Assembly (NCBI GenBank): GCA_000934665.2
Contig: KZ538887.1
Coordinates: 1 to 42,413, forward strand
Length of the DNA stretch: 42,413 nt
DNA from: Catajapyx aquilonaris
Taxonomy: Eukaryota
Reading direction: 5' to 3'
The notes beneath the pieces were generated by a model, which made no database searches, was not told the DNA's origin, and saw only the letters and a list, made by a program, of their open reading frames with translations. Shown in pieces: positions 1-11,651 of this stretch. The translations under genes were made by a program, and so were the position numbers. Within the stretch, counting starts at the first letter, position 1, and each line of letters opens with the position of its first letter.

Positions 1-234
1 CATTGATCTGGCAACTCATACCGTATCCGCAGACCGTATCCGTATTCGTATCCTGTGAGGATACTACCCTCATTGCCCGTTGGTAAGATCCTTTACACGG
101 GTTAATATAAGCGTCATGTCATGCTTGACCTATCTATTTAACCCTGGAACCGTGCCGTGCGGTCTTTTCGAACCACGCGCCATATTTTAATTTTTATAAA
201 TTTTTATATAATACTTTTCAGTGTATTGACTATA

Positions 235-671
235 CAGGGTGTATCAAAACTCTACAGTAAGCCATATGCCAATGGCGTAATGGTCAGCAGATGATCATAT
301 ACAGTATCGGAATCATAGGCCTGGGCCGCCGCATGACCGAGATAATTGACCTCAACCAATATGTATAAAATATCCTGGCAGGTATGAAAACCTTCAGTCG
401 TCAATCGCATCACAGGTGATGTCGCAGCTATTTTCTGTGGGGCTACTGCCACACTGCTATTGGGGTAGTCACTAAGGGCTCTTAGAATGCAGTTCCCCCC
501 AGATGCACTGCTATTCTACAATCACGCTTAAACGCAATCGCTACTTCGCAAATGATCAATTATCTACGTAATGTGGCTGCCTAGAGATGATGACCCCTCT
601 ACATATAATGATGCTCTGGTGCCCCTTATGCCATTGGTGCATGGCTTACGGTAGAGTTTTGATACACCCTG
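235..671. mobile_element. Tc1/mariner-type MITE
   Basis: TA-CAGGGTGTATCAAAACTCTAC ... GTAGAGTTTTGATACACCCTG inverted termini. It is absent from the equivalent site (about 37445-37455) of the second piggyBac-like copy and is related to 39071-39494. Confidence 0.8.
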
Positions 672-960
672 CATACGGTACAATCATTCTTTGAACAATG
701 CCTAAAATGATCGCTAATTCGAAATAAACATGCACTTCCTGTAAATACTGTAAAAAATTGCCAACAGGTCATTTTTGTAGTGGAGAGTTTTCTTTCGAGT
801 ATGACGGGAACCATGACGTGGGGTCCTTTTGGACCCCAGCCTATACTACAATGTTCAGATCGTCCATAAAGTACCTCAAACTAACATTGTTGGCTGCGCC
901 GTACCGGATAAAGAAACAGGGGGAGAACCCCCCATCACAAATGACGTCACTCTTCCTGGA

Positions 961-1046
961 GTCGCCCGACCACAAATCGCTAAACGACAACTCGCCCGAC
1001 CACAACTCGCCCGGCCACAAATCGCCCGACGAAAAGTCGCCCGACG
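961..1046 (+). repeat. ~15-bp tandem repeat (TCGCCCGACCACAAM, ~6 degenerate copies)
   Basis: Directly visible. It gives the SPDHK/SPDHN repeats in ORF 758..1075 and is probably a subterminal array of a transposon relic. Confidence 0.75.
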
Positions 1047-1323
1047 TATATATTCTCCCGGTGCAAAGTCGCTGACGAAAACTCAGGTACGTCAATGAAA
1101 AAATAGCTTGCAATAAGAACTGACACAAACGAGTATGCCCGGAACCGTGACGTGGGGTCCTTTCGGACCCCACGTGAGCAAGGGTCAAAAAACCACTACT
1201 TATCTACATTTTGATAGGTGTGAAAATTATGAAACTGGATTTGATCCATGAAAGGAAATTTTTTAGGAATATACGGAGTTTCAGGCCATTATCGTTTCAG
1301 GATCACTCATTGCGGTGCATTAA

Positions 1324-1767
1324 AGGGACACTCCACTCAAAATACAAGTTGGCCCCCAAAAATCGGGCAAAAAATCCTGATTCCGAATGTGCAATCGGTT
1401 TTTTTCTACGCCCAACGGTAACACGGAAAATCATATATCTACACACGTCGTCCAGCGTCGTCTGCTAAGAAGGGCGATTCAACACCATCCCGCGGCAAAC
1501 CGGAGAAGTATAGCGCGCACAGTCCGCACAGTAAACACCTGCCGCGTCAGGCGTGCCCATGGAGTGCCTGGTCTAGTTCCGCCCGGTTCCACTCTTGTGG
1601 CGTCGCCACCTGCGCCCACCGCCCCGCGCGCGGTTTTCGAACGACACACTTCCAGCTTTCACACTGGCCTTACCGTTCGTCTCTAAGAAAAACTGCTTAT
1701 ACCCTCGGAATCAGGATTTTTTGCCCGATCTTTAGAACCCAACTTGTATTTTGAGTGGAGTGTCCCT
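1324..1767. mobile_element. Kolobok-like MITE
   Basis: TTAA duplications at 1320-1323 and 1768-1771. TIR AGGGACACTCCACTCAAAATACAAGTTGG extends imperfectly for about 60 bp, with the same termini as 6179-7718. Confidence 0.85.
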
Positions 1768-2154
1768 TTAATTCCTTTGGGGTCCGAAAAGACCCCACGG
1801 CACGGTTCAGTTGCCCTGAGGGCCTCACCAGCAGAAAATCTCTAAATTCATGACCAAGATGGCCAAATGATGGGAAAAAAGGACATTTCAGGATTTATTA
1901 TTTCCAAGACTGCTAGACTTGTGATGTTGTCCTTCTCCAGGGGTAATGAGTAGATGACCATGTACTCACCACATTAATTTCATGCTCTTAGCATGAGGAT
2001 AACAATTTCATTTGACCACCTGAAATGTGCCCTTTTTGCACAACAATGGGACTTTTTAAGTATCTCCATTTTACGCTCTAGGTTAAAACCGTTGCGCCGG
2101 TTGCCTCCAAAATGTTCCTCATCTCACGCTCGTTCATTTGATATGCGTATAATA

Positions 2155-2348
2155 CAGGGTGATCCAACTCTATGGCACCAACAGTTATTGGAAAAATCGC
2201 GCAAGATGCTTGTTTATAAGCAGGTCGTTGCTAAGAGATACTTTCTTGAGTATCAGGAATAGCACCTCTTAGCAACGACCTGCTTATAAACAAGCAGCTT
2301 GCGCGATTTTTCCAATAACTGTTGGTGCCATAGAGCTGGATCACCCTG
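2155..2348. mobile_element. Palindromic Tc1/mariner-type MITE
   Basis: TA-CAGGGTGATCCA ... TGGATCACCCTG-TA, with ~85-bp inverted arms and a short spacer. Confidence 0.85.
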
Positions 2349-3492
2349 TATAATGGGGTTACAACAATACATTCTGAGATGGCCGAGCCACCAACTTGCC
2401 CGCCTTGTCATAGAACAGGCGTTCCCAACCTTTTTGCACCCGCGACCCCCCAAATCACCTAAAATTTCTATCTCGGAACCTAATACGAACACAACAATGG
2501 AAATGCATACCACTGAAAGGTTATGACGAGTAGCTGATTACTCACTAAAATTTTCTAAAATTCGACTCTGTGCGGGTCGTCACGTCAAGGGTCACGCACC
2601 TTTGTAATATTGCGCAAAAGGGCAAAAGAGGCGCATCCAACCTCCTTATTTATACTGTATTTTATATCTCGGACTCTAATACGATGGCAAAAATGAAACT
2701 TGCACCACTGAAGGGATATGACCTGCCAAAATGACACGTAATTTTAATCGTAGAATTTGTTGGAGGTTAGCTGCGAGTTCGCCGTTACCTGTAGAATATT
2801 AAGCCCCATTTTGCATGTATGTGGGACGCATAATTATTAGAGAAATTGATCGGGTTATTGGAAACATCAGAATGGAAAAGTTCCCATTTTTGACCTCGTC
2901 ATTTCTCGTGACCTATAGGGGTTATCTGGTTTGAAAAATATGTCCCTGTGACCTTGACAAAATACGCTCTCCTAAGTGCCAAATTTCGATTTCCTAAAAA
3001 AAAAAGTGTCGGGTGAACATAGTTGTATAATCTCACATGGAATTACCCAAACTACTCGTAAAAATAAGTTGCACGAATAAGTAGCTGTGTTCTCAAACAG
3101 CGACCCAGACCGTGCGGCCACTTGCGGGACCGTGCGGCCAAGGGACCCCGGCCGTGACCAGTGAGCAGAGTGTTGTGGATTCCGGATCATCTCCAAATAA
3201 ACATATCCTTAACCCGGCAGCGCCCAGGATTACCAACACATAAACAGAAAAGCACATAAACAGTCGCGACATTACTTTTGCGGTTAATAGTAGCTACCAT
3301 TGCACTCCTCTTTGCAAGCCACACCTTTGGGTACAAAGCCCGTAACTGTAGGAGCAACCCTTGCAAAATTTTGGCCAATTGAAGTCACACACTTTCATAT
3401 ACGGTAATGGAAACAAAAAACTTGAAACGCGAATATCCCGAAATGACAAAAAGCAGAGATACAGGGTTTTGACTTGGGCCGTCACGCTGTGA

Positions 3493-3971
3493 GTCGACAG
3501 CATATATCTGACCTACCTGTTGTCTCACTCGTATGATCTGGAGAGTCTGGAGGTAATCCAGGGCTGCGGCCTGGATGACACAACTGTCCACTACCTGCTT
3601 CAACTCAACCCGATGACCAAGCTGAAAAAACTGTATTTGTGCAGCGACCGTCTAAAGGCCATTTCACAAAAAAATGTCGCGCGGCAAACGGCGCGACTTG
3701 CGACAAATTTTTTATTTATATTTATTATTGTTGCCAATAATGCCAATGAAATGGCTTAACTCCTTCTGTCGCTTCAGTGATCTTCGACAATTTTGGGAAG
3801 GACCTGGAGTCCGCGGAGTTTGACGGTGCCCATATGGATGACTTACCGAACGGCTTCTTTAATTTGATGCAGGAGAAGGTCAAACCATACTTCTTCAACA
3901 TAAGGATCGGGCACAAGGTGCACACCATTCGCAAACCAGGCGGACAGATGCACCTTATCGAGTCTATGTAG
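3493..3971 (+). pseudogene. Leucine-rich-repeat protein C-terminal fragment, interrupted by a small TIR element
   Basis: It reads VDSIYLTYLLSHSYDLESLEVIQGCGLDDTTVHYLLQLNPMTKLKKLYLCSDRL. After removing 3655-3758 it continues in frame as TPSVASVIFDNFGKDLESAEFDG...LIESM*. LxxLxL periodicity is present. Confidence 0.55.
3655..3756. mobile_element. ~100-bp MITE with TA duplication
   Basis: GCCATTTCA ... TGAAATGGC inverted ends, TA at 3653-54 and 3757-58, AT-rich interior. Confidence 0.6.
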
Positions 3972-4195
3972 CCAGCAAGTTTGTTAGATATGCAACAAAA
4001 TTCGTTGATTAATAATATCAAATCGAAATAAACATTGTACATGTTGTTTATGCACAATTACCAGTGTTTAATGTTAAATACAAATTTGGGGTTAGGAGGT
4101 ATCATGCTGCTGTGTTTGGGCAACACTGTTCCGGTGTACTTTTTAACAGTTCTAGACCAGTTATTATTTATGATGAGACAACAGTAAGAAAAGTC

Positions 4196-4345
4196 ACCGG
4201 TACCGGTGTAACGGGCGAAACGTACCCCGGGTACCCCGGGTACATTTCGCCCGGGCGACTTTTACCTCCCCCCTCAGAGAGGGAGGTACATATAGCCCGG
4301 GCGATATGTACCGGGGGGGGGGGGGGGTACAAATAGCCCGGGCGA
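4196..4345. repeat. GC-rich cluster of short palindromes (GCCCGGGCGA / GGTACC units), probable MITE relic
   Basis: Repeated GCCCGGGCGA and CCCGGGTACCCCGGG motifs with a poly-G run. Confidence 0.45.
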
Positions 4346-5627
4346 TTCTTACCGCACCTGAATAACTGAACCTAATCCAAGGTGGAGAGCTGACCATGAT
4401 TTTTGCATAACACATTTCTTGAGTGGATATGTAGCGAAAAAGCATATCCATGCGATGAATGGCAAGATAACTTATTAACAGCGAAATTGCTTCCGGGACC
4501 TGAAAGCGAATTTACACGTCTGAAAGACAGAGGAAATTAGATGTGGCCATCTAAGACTCTACTTCATCATCTGCGGTGTTATGTATGGAAAAGGTTGTGA
4601 AGGGTGTACTGCATGGGTTGCCTTTGCACAGTGGTTCTGCCCAAACAATAATGGAGGAAATAACTGACAAGGTGCTTCGCTTGTCAAATTGCGCACATGT
4701 AAACGGGCCTTAATTCCGACTGTTTAAAAAAGTGAAAGGCCCTCTCAAGTGAGCACCTGCCGCGATAAGAGCTGATTATAGGGGGAGTGTCCGGGGGCTG
4801 GGTGAGACAGACATACGGGGCATGGTCTCCATTCGTTCGTCTTGACTCTTAGAGGTTGTAACATGTACTGTATCTCTGTACGTACCCACTTGCATGTATA
4901 CCTGTGTGATCAGTATCACAACTGATTGTTGTCATTTTTGATTGGGTTCATTTATGCTTGATGAGAGTTGGATTTTTGCATTGAGCACGTATCACAATCC
5001 CAAAATTCTCACCTTGAGAATCTCCCCAACGTCCATTGTTGCGATCATATTCAGCGCACCTCCCTGTAATTCTCTCAACGCGGTTTAGGTCAATGTATCA
5101 CGTGCACTGAAATCGGAGATCTTGAATATAGAGATTACACTTTTCTTATTACTAATATTGTCCGAAGTGGTTATTCGTATGTTTACAATGTGCAACACTC
5201 ATATAACTGTCTCTATTAACAGTTTGGATTCTATACCCCCATGCTGGCACCACAACACATCGAAAGCTCTTACCTGGGCTAGTAAATTAATCTTATTGGC
5301 CACTGTGCCCCAAACATTCTGGCTGGCCATGATCTAAACGTACTTTCCTGGAGGTAAACATTTCTGCAGCGTTCGCACAAATCACCAGGAAATGTTACTA
5401 CAGGAATAGAGCACCCGATATTAACTCTACCGAGTATGCAAAGGGAGTCATGGGGAGACCTAGACAAACTCCCACTCATAAAGGCAATCTCTGCCTAATT
5501 TGGATCAATTCTGTCCGTTACAACACATACCACAGCATTTTAAAATTATCCCTACCCAAACGGATCACCCTGTACATCAAGTCATAGTTACGGTTAGCCT
5601 GATATGTATAGTTTTATACACATAATA

Positions 5628-5723
5628 CAGCGCGCAAAAAAAAAATCGGCGTGTTCCTCCGAAACCGCTATGTAGATCATGTTAGTAGGACCCAAAGTAG
5701 CTGGGAAACGCCCCAAATGTCTT
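5628..5723 (+). mobile_element. Left terminal inverted repeat (TA-CAGCGCGCAAAA...), partner of 10504-10593
   Basis: About 95 bp match the reverse complement of 10504-10593, including an identical ATCATGTTAGTAGGACCCAAAGTAGCTGGGAAACGCCC. Confidence 0.7.
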
Positions 5724-6178
5724 ATATATTATGGTCAATAATCAATATGCTGCCCATAATTGCGGGCTAAATGGTTGCTGTTAAGATTATAAGTACCGTA
5801 TATGCAACGCGCGCCATCGCAAAACCCGCATTTTGTTCGTTTTTATTTGCAGCCACCTGGCGGCATTTGCCGAAGCTCTTGGATTCGTCGTGGCCTGGAA
5901 ATTATGCGTGTGGGACAATGGGACTGGACTAGGCTGGTGTGGACACTTGGCCTAGCTCCAAGTAGGTTGCCTCCTACGAGTATATAGCCGGGCAGGCACG
6001 CGACATCATAAACATTATTATATCTGCCAATGCATCACTCACCTCCCATATACTGACTGCCTTTTGTTTCTCCCAATAGAACAAGTGTCCAAGTCCAAGG
6101 TTAAGAATTTGGAATGAAAGCTAACCTGCGCACCGCATCGATGTACCAAAATTAAAATGTGTTGGTGTGGCCCTTTAA

Positions 6179-7718
6179 AGGGACACTCCACTCAAAATAC
6201 AAGTTTGCCTCTAAAAATCAGGCAAGGAATCCTGATTCCGAGAATGCTATCCGTTTATCTCTGAGGCGAACGGTAATGACAGGGGGAGATACGAAAGTCG
6301 GCATAAATTCGACTTCTGATCGAGCGTGGAGCCGCCCTCCTCACCCACGGCCACCGGGGGAAGTTGGGTACTCGCCACCTGGCGGCTGCCTGAGGAAGTT
6401 GGCTAACCGAATCACCAGAAGCGCGAGTTTGAAATGCAGTTCGGGTCATATATTACTGGCTGCTGCCAATGCATATGTTGTCACCGAGGTATTACTTTCC
6501 GGGCCTCGCCTTTGCTTGGCCCCTAATTGTTTACGGGTGGACTAGATCAGTTGCTCCCGCATCAGATCCCCATGACTCAACGCCCAGAGGGAACGACTAA
6601 GGCGACACATGTTTATGTTTAGCACTTCGGCAGGGGGATTTATCATTTCTGGCCTTCCAGTCCGGCATATCGAGGCGGGCTTGGAAGCAAGTAGCATCAT
6701 GGGCAAGAAAGGCAAGGGTGGTCCCGTTCTGTGTAGTTTATTTGTAAGCGCCATAGGAAACGGTTGGAGCGAGTGACGTATTTCGTATTTCCTTGCGAAC
6801 GTCAGGATTTGATGCGCCAATGGCGAGAAGCCTTGAATTTGCCACCAACGTATACACCCAAGTCAAGTCATCAGGTGTGCATGGATCACTTTCACAGGCA
6901 GTCGCTATTTCCCTACAGACCGGAACAGAAGAGGCGGAAACTAAAGCCTAATGCTGTAGTCCAACACTGGAGGTAGGAATAATGTGGCATAGCGTCAATG
7001 TGCGTATATTTTATTGCACCCTCCCCCTCCCCCCAGTGCACATCAGACATGGAAACCAGCACCGGAACATCCACTGTTGATGTGTCCAATACTGATGCAC
7101 AGGTAATGTTTCCTCGGCCATCGAGCCCAATGACTATGTTTGACATATCTCCTGATGCACCTCTTTTCCCCAGTGCACATCAGTTTGAGAATAACAGCTA
7201 AAATGTGTTTGGGCCGAACATTTTGCTAATGGCTCTCAGGCTCTGTTTCAATGACTTAATTCCAATTTGAAGCACTATTGCGACTAAATTGGTGTATGCG
7301 GGAGCAACAGATGTAGGCCACCGGTAAACAAGTAGGGGCCAAGCAAAGGCGAGGTCCGGAAAGTAACACCTCGGTCAGTCGGTGACAACATATGCATTGG
7401 CAGCAGCCAGTAATATCCGACCCCGAACTGCATTTCAAACTCGCGCTGCTGGTGACGGGTATCCAAGGTGGATAGAGATTCGGTTAGCCAACTTTCTCAG
7501 GCAGTCGCCAGGTGGCCGGGGGAGGTGTGGGCGAGAGTGGAGGGGCAGCGGGGGTGGTGTCGCCGAGACTGGAGGGGCAGGGGGTTTGCAGACGGCCTAC
7601 TTTGAGATTTATTTCGCGGATTACCGTTCGCCTCAGAGAAAAACGGATCGCATTCTCGGAATCAGGATTTTTTGCCTGATTTTTAGAGGCCAACTTGTAT
7701 TTTGAGTGGAGTGTCCCT
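6179..7718 (+). mobile_element. Kolobok-like internally deleted DNA transposon with THAP remnant
   Basis: TTAA at 6175-6178 and 7719-7722, AGGGACAC termini, and ~400-bp imperfect inverted arms (6179-6560 versus about 7295-7718). TTAA TSD, RR termini and a THAP domain are Kolobok hallmarks. Confidence 0.8.
6699..6976 (+). pseudogene. THAP (C2CH zinc finger) domain of a transposase, one frameshift
   Basis: MGKKGKGGPVLCSL/(shift)ICKRHRKRLERVTYFVFPCERQDLMRQWREAL...VCMDHF...LKPNAV contains the THAP FxFP, W, CxxHF and LxPxAV motifs. Confidence 0.75.
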
Positions 7719-8415
7719 TTAAGGCATATTTTCAATGAAGAATTTTAATACATCAAATAGTTGAGGAAATAAAAATTAATTTTTCCACCCCCACCCTTTT
7801 TTCACCATGAACATGGGCCCTTGATTTCACTTCGTTAATTCAATTAATATCTCGAGATTCAAAAGTCAAAATTTCAATTAATATCTCGAGATTGGTGACA
7901 GTTAGAGAGGAACTGTTTTCGGCACAAACCGGCACAAACGACGAAGCACTAACGATTGCCATTTTCAAAAATGCAATTTGTGATGGGGGGGGGGGGGAGG
8001 GGACTTAACGGACGTTAAAAGCGTCACGTATTGAGGCATGTCACACCATGACTCGCCTCCATTGAAGTGGTTCCCACCCTCTCTGACCGCTATGTTCTCT
8101 GATTGTTACAAATGGAAAGTGAAAACTGTGGTAACTACTACCTATAGGCGATGAGTAAACACAAACATATAAGCCGACAAACAGAATATGGGAATTTGTA
8201 TATGATATGTATGGATAGTTTAAGGTGGAGTAAAGAACTGATGCGTTCTCCCTCCTGCCCTCATATCTTGGACGATCGCATCAACCTCTCGAGTGAAGTC
8301 ACATTCATCTGTTACAATATTGATATGAAACATTACAAAATGAAAATATCTCGTTTCAGACTGGGCATCTTGCCGCATACCTCTTCATTGGGCTGGAGAC
8401 ATTTCTACGAGGAAA

Positions 8416-9594
8416 ATGGAGGCAGTATATGGGCCAGATGACCACTTCAACAGGATGCTCGTTCTTGATGTCATGGTCAAGGTGTTCTCCTACCTGTCAA
8501 CGAAGGAGAAGCTGATGGTACTTCCTCGAGTCTGCAAGACTTGGGCAGTGATCGTGCAGAACGACTCGAGGCTGTGGACGACTATGGCTTTAAAGGACGA
8601 CGACATCCCCATAGACATTTGCGTAGCTCAGCTTAACAAGAGCCCGTCATTGAGAAAACTGGAGGTGCTGACACGTACCCGCCAACGTTGCGACAACATT
8701 TTGACAGCTGTGGCCAATCACTGCCCTGATCTGGAGGAACTCGTCTTGCAGACCTGCATCCCCGAAGAAAAAACCATCCAAGCCTTGGTCGCGTCCTGCA
8801 CTAAGCTAACATCGTGTGAACTGTCTTGTTTAGACTTCTGGGAGGGACTGCTCTCTGTCTTTTCCATCTGCCCAAACTTGCAGAAGCTGCTCTTCAGTGA
8901 TATCCACTTCGAGCTGTCACTTATATCTGCTCAAGGCATACCTGGGAATTTCCCTTCTCTGAAAGAGCTGACTTTTGAACGCCTGTCCGCTAAGTGGGAG
9001 ATAAAATTGCTGACCATGATTGGGCCGCAATTAGAAAAGCTTGATGTCACGACGCTGGAAGATGATGTTTGGTGGCTGTTGGCAAATTGTCGAAAATTGA
9101 AAGTGCTTCACATTGGAAACGCTCACAAGATGTCCAACGAAAACCTCCTTTGTGGAATCGGATCGATGACCAACTTGCGTGACCTCACACTACAATACGC
9201 TCACCGCTTGACCCCTGAGGCACTGTGCGACTTCCTGGCCAGAGAAGTAGTCGTTGGGCGTCTGGAGAATCTGGACCTTATCGGCGTCACCATATCCGAA
9301 GAATGTCTGCGTCTCATCGCAGAAAACTGTCCTGCTCTTCGTTCCCTCTCCATCACTTACCATTCCGACATAAGCCTTTATTTCTTCAGAGAACTCATAT
9401 CGAGATTGGTGATGAATCCTCGCCGATTGGTGCGTATTGGCCATGAAGATGAATGTGTACTCCAGGATTTTGTGGAAATTTGCAACCAGGAGGACGGTCC
9501 TCAAGTTGAGTTTCACAATACTGGCATAATATACTGTGATGATTGGAATGACTGCTTCATGTTGGATTGCGGCTGTAACAATAAAGACTGCTAG
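8416..9594 (+). CDS. F-box/LRR-repeat protein (FBXL-like), 392 aa, single coding exon
   Basis: Uninterrupted ORF with an N-terminal F-box (LVLDVMVKVFSYLSTKEKLMVLPRVCKTW...LW) and cysteine-containing LRRs (HCPDLEELVL, SCTKLTSCEL, ICPNLQKL, NCPALRSLSI). Acceptor-like TTTCAG at 8354-8359 and ATTAAA near 9723. Confidence 0.9.
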   Translation: MEAVYGPDDHFNRMLVLDVMVKVFSYLSTKEKLMVLPRVCKTWAVIVQNDSRLWTTMALKDDDIPIDICVAQLNKSPSLRKLEVLTRTRQRCDNILTAVANHCPDLEELVLQTCIPEEKTIQALVASCTKLTSCELSCLDFWEGLLSVFSICPNLQKLLFSDIHFELSLISAQGIPGNFPSLKELTFERLSAKWEIKLLTMIGPQLEKLDVTTLEDDVWWLLANCRKLKVLHIGNAHKMSNENLLCGIGSMTNLRDLTLQYAHRLTPEALCDFLAREVVVGRLENLDLIGVTISEECLRLIAENCPALRSLSITYHSDISLYFFRELISRLVMNPRRLVRIGHEDECVLQDFVEICNQEDGPQVEFHNTGIIYCDDWNDCFMLDCGCNNKDC

Positions 9595-10019
9595 AAGGTA
9601 TGCCATGAAATGCTGGTGAAATGCTTGATTATTATCATGAGTTCTGTAATGCGTAATATGCAATCCTTTATATGGCTACATGTGGTCCGGCAATTAGCTT
9701 TCTGCTAGAGCACTCACTTCCTATTAAAATGTTTCCTGTTGCAGTAAAATTTTAAAACATTCGTTGATTTTAGCGCTGTACTGTTTGTGATTTTCTGCTC
9801 TTTTCCTTTCTTGAGCTCACCTACAGTATGGTATGAGTATGTCACAATTGCATTATTGTTCGGCAATTCAAATGTCATATGGAAATATCATATGGAAATA
9901 TCATGGAAATCATTTCCATAAGCAGCCCATGTACGCGTGTGTACGCGTACATGGGTTACTTATGGAAATCGTAGTCTTTTTCCATACTATGGGGGTCACT
10001 GACAGTTTGTTAGACTAAG

Positions 10020-10593
10020 AAGAATTCATTTATTTTAAAGCCGAGGAATATTTGGTTTTAAATGTTGAAAAAAGTCAAATCACCAAAAATGCGAAAAACG
10101 CGATTTTACCCAAGATTAGGCTTTTGCACACGCGTACTAAAGTTGCATAGGAAAGTTCTACTATTATTCCTTGATTGTAGGGTCTCTAAAGAGCCCATTA
10201 CGCTACACTTTTTTTTTAAAAAAAAGTCCATACACTGTTCCCCAAAAATTGACGAAAAAGTACCAAAAAACGGAATTTTTTCCATAAAAAGGACCCTGGA
10301 AAACCACAGTTTCTATAAAAGATTGACTTTAAACACCATAGTGGCTTCAGACTAGACCCAGGTAACACCGAATGCCAGCTAAAACAAAATCCGAAACTTA
10401 CAGTGGTTGCCAGACCTGGAAATAGGCCAAAAAAACGTCAATATTTTGAATTTTTCGGATTTTTGGTCACCCTGACCCACTGCACATTTTGGGAGAGAAA
10501 TCCCGGGCGTTTCCCAGCTACTTTGGGTCCTACTAACATGATGTGCATAGTGGTTTCCGAGTAACACGCCGAAAGTTTTTTTTTGTTGCGCTG
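10020..10593 (-). mobile_element. Right end/TIR region of a DNA transposon relic (partner TIR at 5628-5723)
   Basis: Terminal about 90 bp (10504-10593) is the inverse of 5628-5723. The interior is A/T-run rich and its inner boundary is approximate. Confidence 0.5.
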
Positions 10594-10724
10594 TGTTATT
10601 AATGCCCCCCGGGTCAATGTTCCGTAAACTCCCGTCATGTCAATAGGACAATAGCAATGATTTTCGTAAGACCGGTGGAGGGCGTGACACATGGGTCTTT
10701 CGTGGGGGAAGAAATCCAGGCAGA

Positions 10725-11590
10725 ATGCTCATCATCCCCCCGGTTATTGTCTTTGAAATGTGGCAAACATGCTTCCAGAACAACTGGCGAGTCAAGGTCT
10801 GGTGTGGGATGGTGGGCGACGACATCGTCGGGCCCTACATTTACCACGGCACCCTGACCGGCGACAAGTACAGTCTGGAGTTCCTTAAAGTCACGCTGCC
10901 AGGACTTCTGGAAGATGTGCCACTGGTCACTCGGCTCCACATGTGGTTTCAGCAAGACGGGTCACCCCCCCCCCCCCACTACCACCGGCGGGTCCGTGCC
11001 TGGCTGGATAGGCACTAACGAGACAGGTGGATTGGGCGCAGTGGACTAGTACCATGGCCAGCGAGGTCACCTGATCTGACCCCTATGGACTTCTTCTTGT
11101 GGGGTCACGTGAAGGAAATTGTCTACCGGACTGAACCACCTACTCTGGAGGTACTGCAGCAGCGAATTAGGGAGGCCTGCTCTTCGGTGACCTCAGCAAC
11201 CCTCCACCGTGTGCTCAGGTCGATCATGTCCCGTGCCAGGGTTTGCCAGGGCCAAGGGGGGCGCCACATTGAGCACTTGTGCTAATTTTCAGCACCAGGA
11301 TCCACACCAGCCCTCTTCAGGGCTACCAAATAAATCAGTTGCGGGATGTGCCAAGAATAGTGGGGCACATCCTTTGTTCCCCTTTGTTCCTGACCCTTTT
11401 GACCAAGTCACATCCCATGGCATGTGTGACCCTCTTTTTTCCAGGCGTGACCCTCAATTTTCAGCGGGCAGCACGTATGCCACTTCAACCTACCATTCGC
11501 AGGGAATATTCACCGTTCTTCCGAAAAACCACCGTTTGCAAGTCACTGCTTAAAGAGTAGCACCGGCGTGCATTTTGCCGGACCACCCTA
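10725..11590 (+). mobile_element. Tc1/mariner superfamily (rosa/DD41D-like) transposon, 5'-truncated, transposase pseudogene
   Basis: VWCG...IVGPY...WFQQDGSPP(PP)H...*...WIGR...WPARSPDLTPMDFFLWGHVK, with an in-frame stop at 11016-11018. The D-to-D spacing is 43, or 41 after removing a poly-C expansion. Right TIR GGACCACCCTA-TA is at about 11580-11592. Confidence 0.88.
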
Positions 11591-11591
11591 T

Positions 11592-11647
11592 ATGGGGAGG
11601 CCATTTTGAAATATGACGTACGTCATATTTCAAAAGGGCCTCCCCAT
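11592..11647. repeat. 56-bp zero-spacer palindrome
   Basis: ATGGGGAGGCC-a-TTTTGAAATATGACGT|ACGTCATATTTCAAAA-g-GGCCTCCCCAT, with one mismatch. Confidence 0.9.
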
Positions 11648-11651
11648 CTAA

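Larger units (their letters stand above)
142..1808. mobile_element. piggyBac-like non-autonomous element (TTAA-CCCTGGAACCGTG terminus) carrying nested insertions; right end degraded
   Basis: TTAA at 138-141 is followed by CCCTGGAACCGTGCCGTG. It is collinear with the compact copy at 37331-37613. Right subterminal GGGGTCCGAAAAGACCCCACGGCACGGTTC lies at about 1779-1808, with similar motifs at about 807-838 and 1141-1172. Confidence 0.6.

Noticed and set aside
961..1046. Possible CRISPR-like array
   Set aside because: Head-to-tail 15-mers with no unique spacers, in a eukaryotic context with no cas genes.
758..1098. ORFs with SPDHK / ARPQL repeats
   Set aside because: They are translations of a 15-bp DNA tandem repeat within nested TEs, open in several frames, with no domain.
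5273..5332. Exon-like MASQNVWGTVANKINLLAQ|GTAAGA on the minus strand
   Set aside because: No downstream exon or homology identified; the upstream frame is full of stops.
9190..9663. 157-aa antisense ORF
   Set aside because: Shadow of the F-box CDS.
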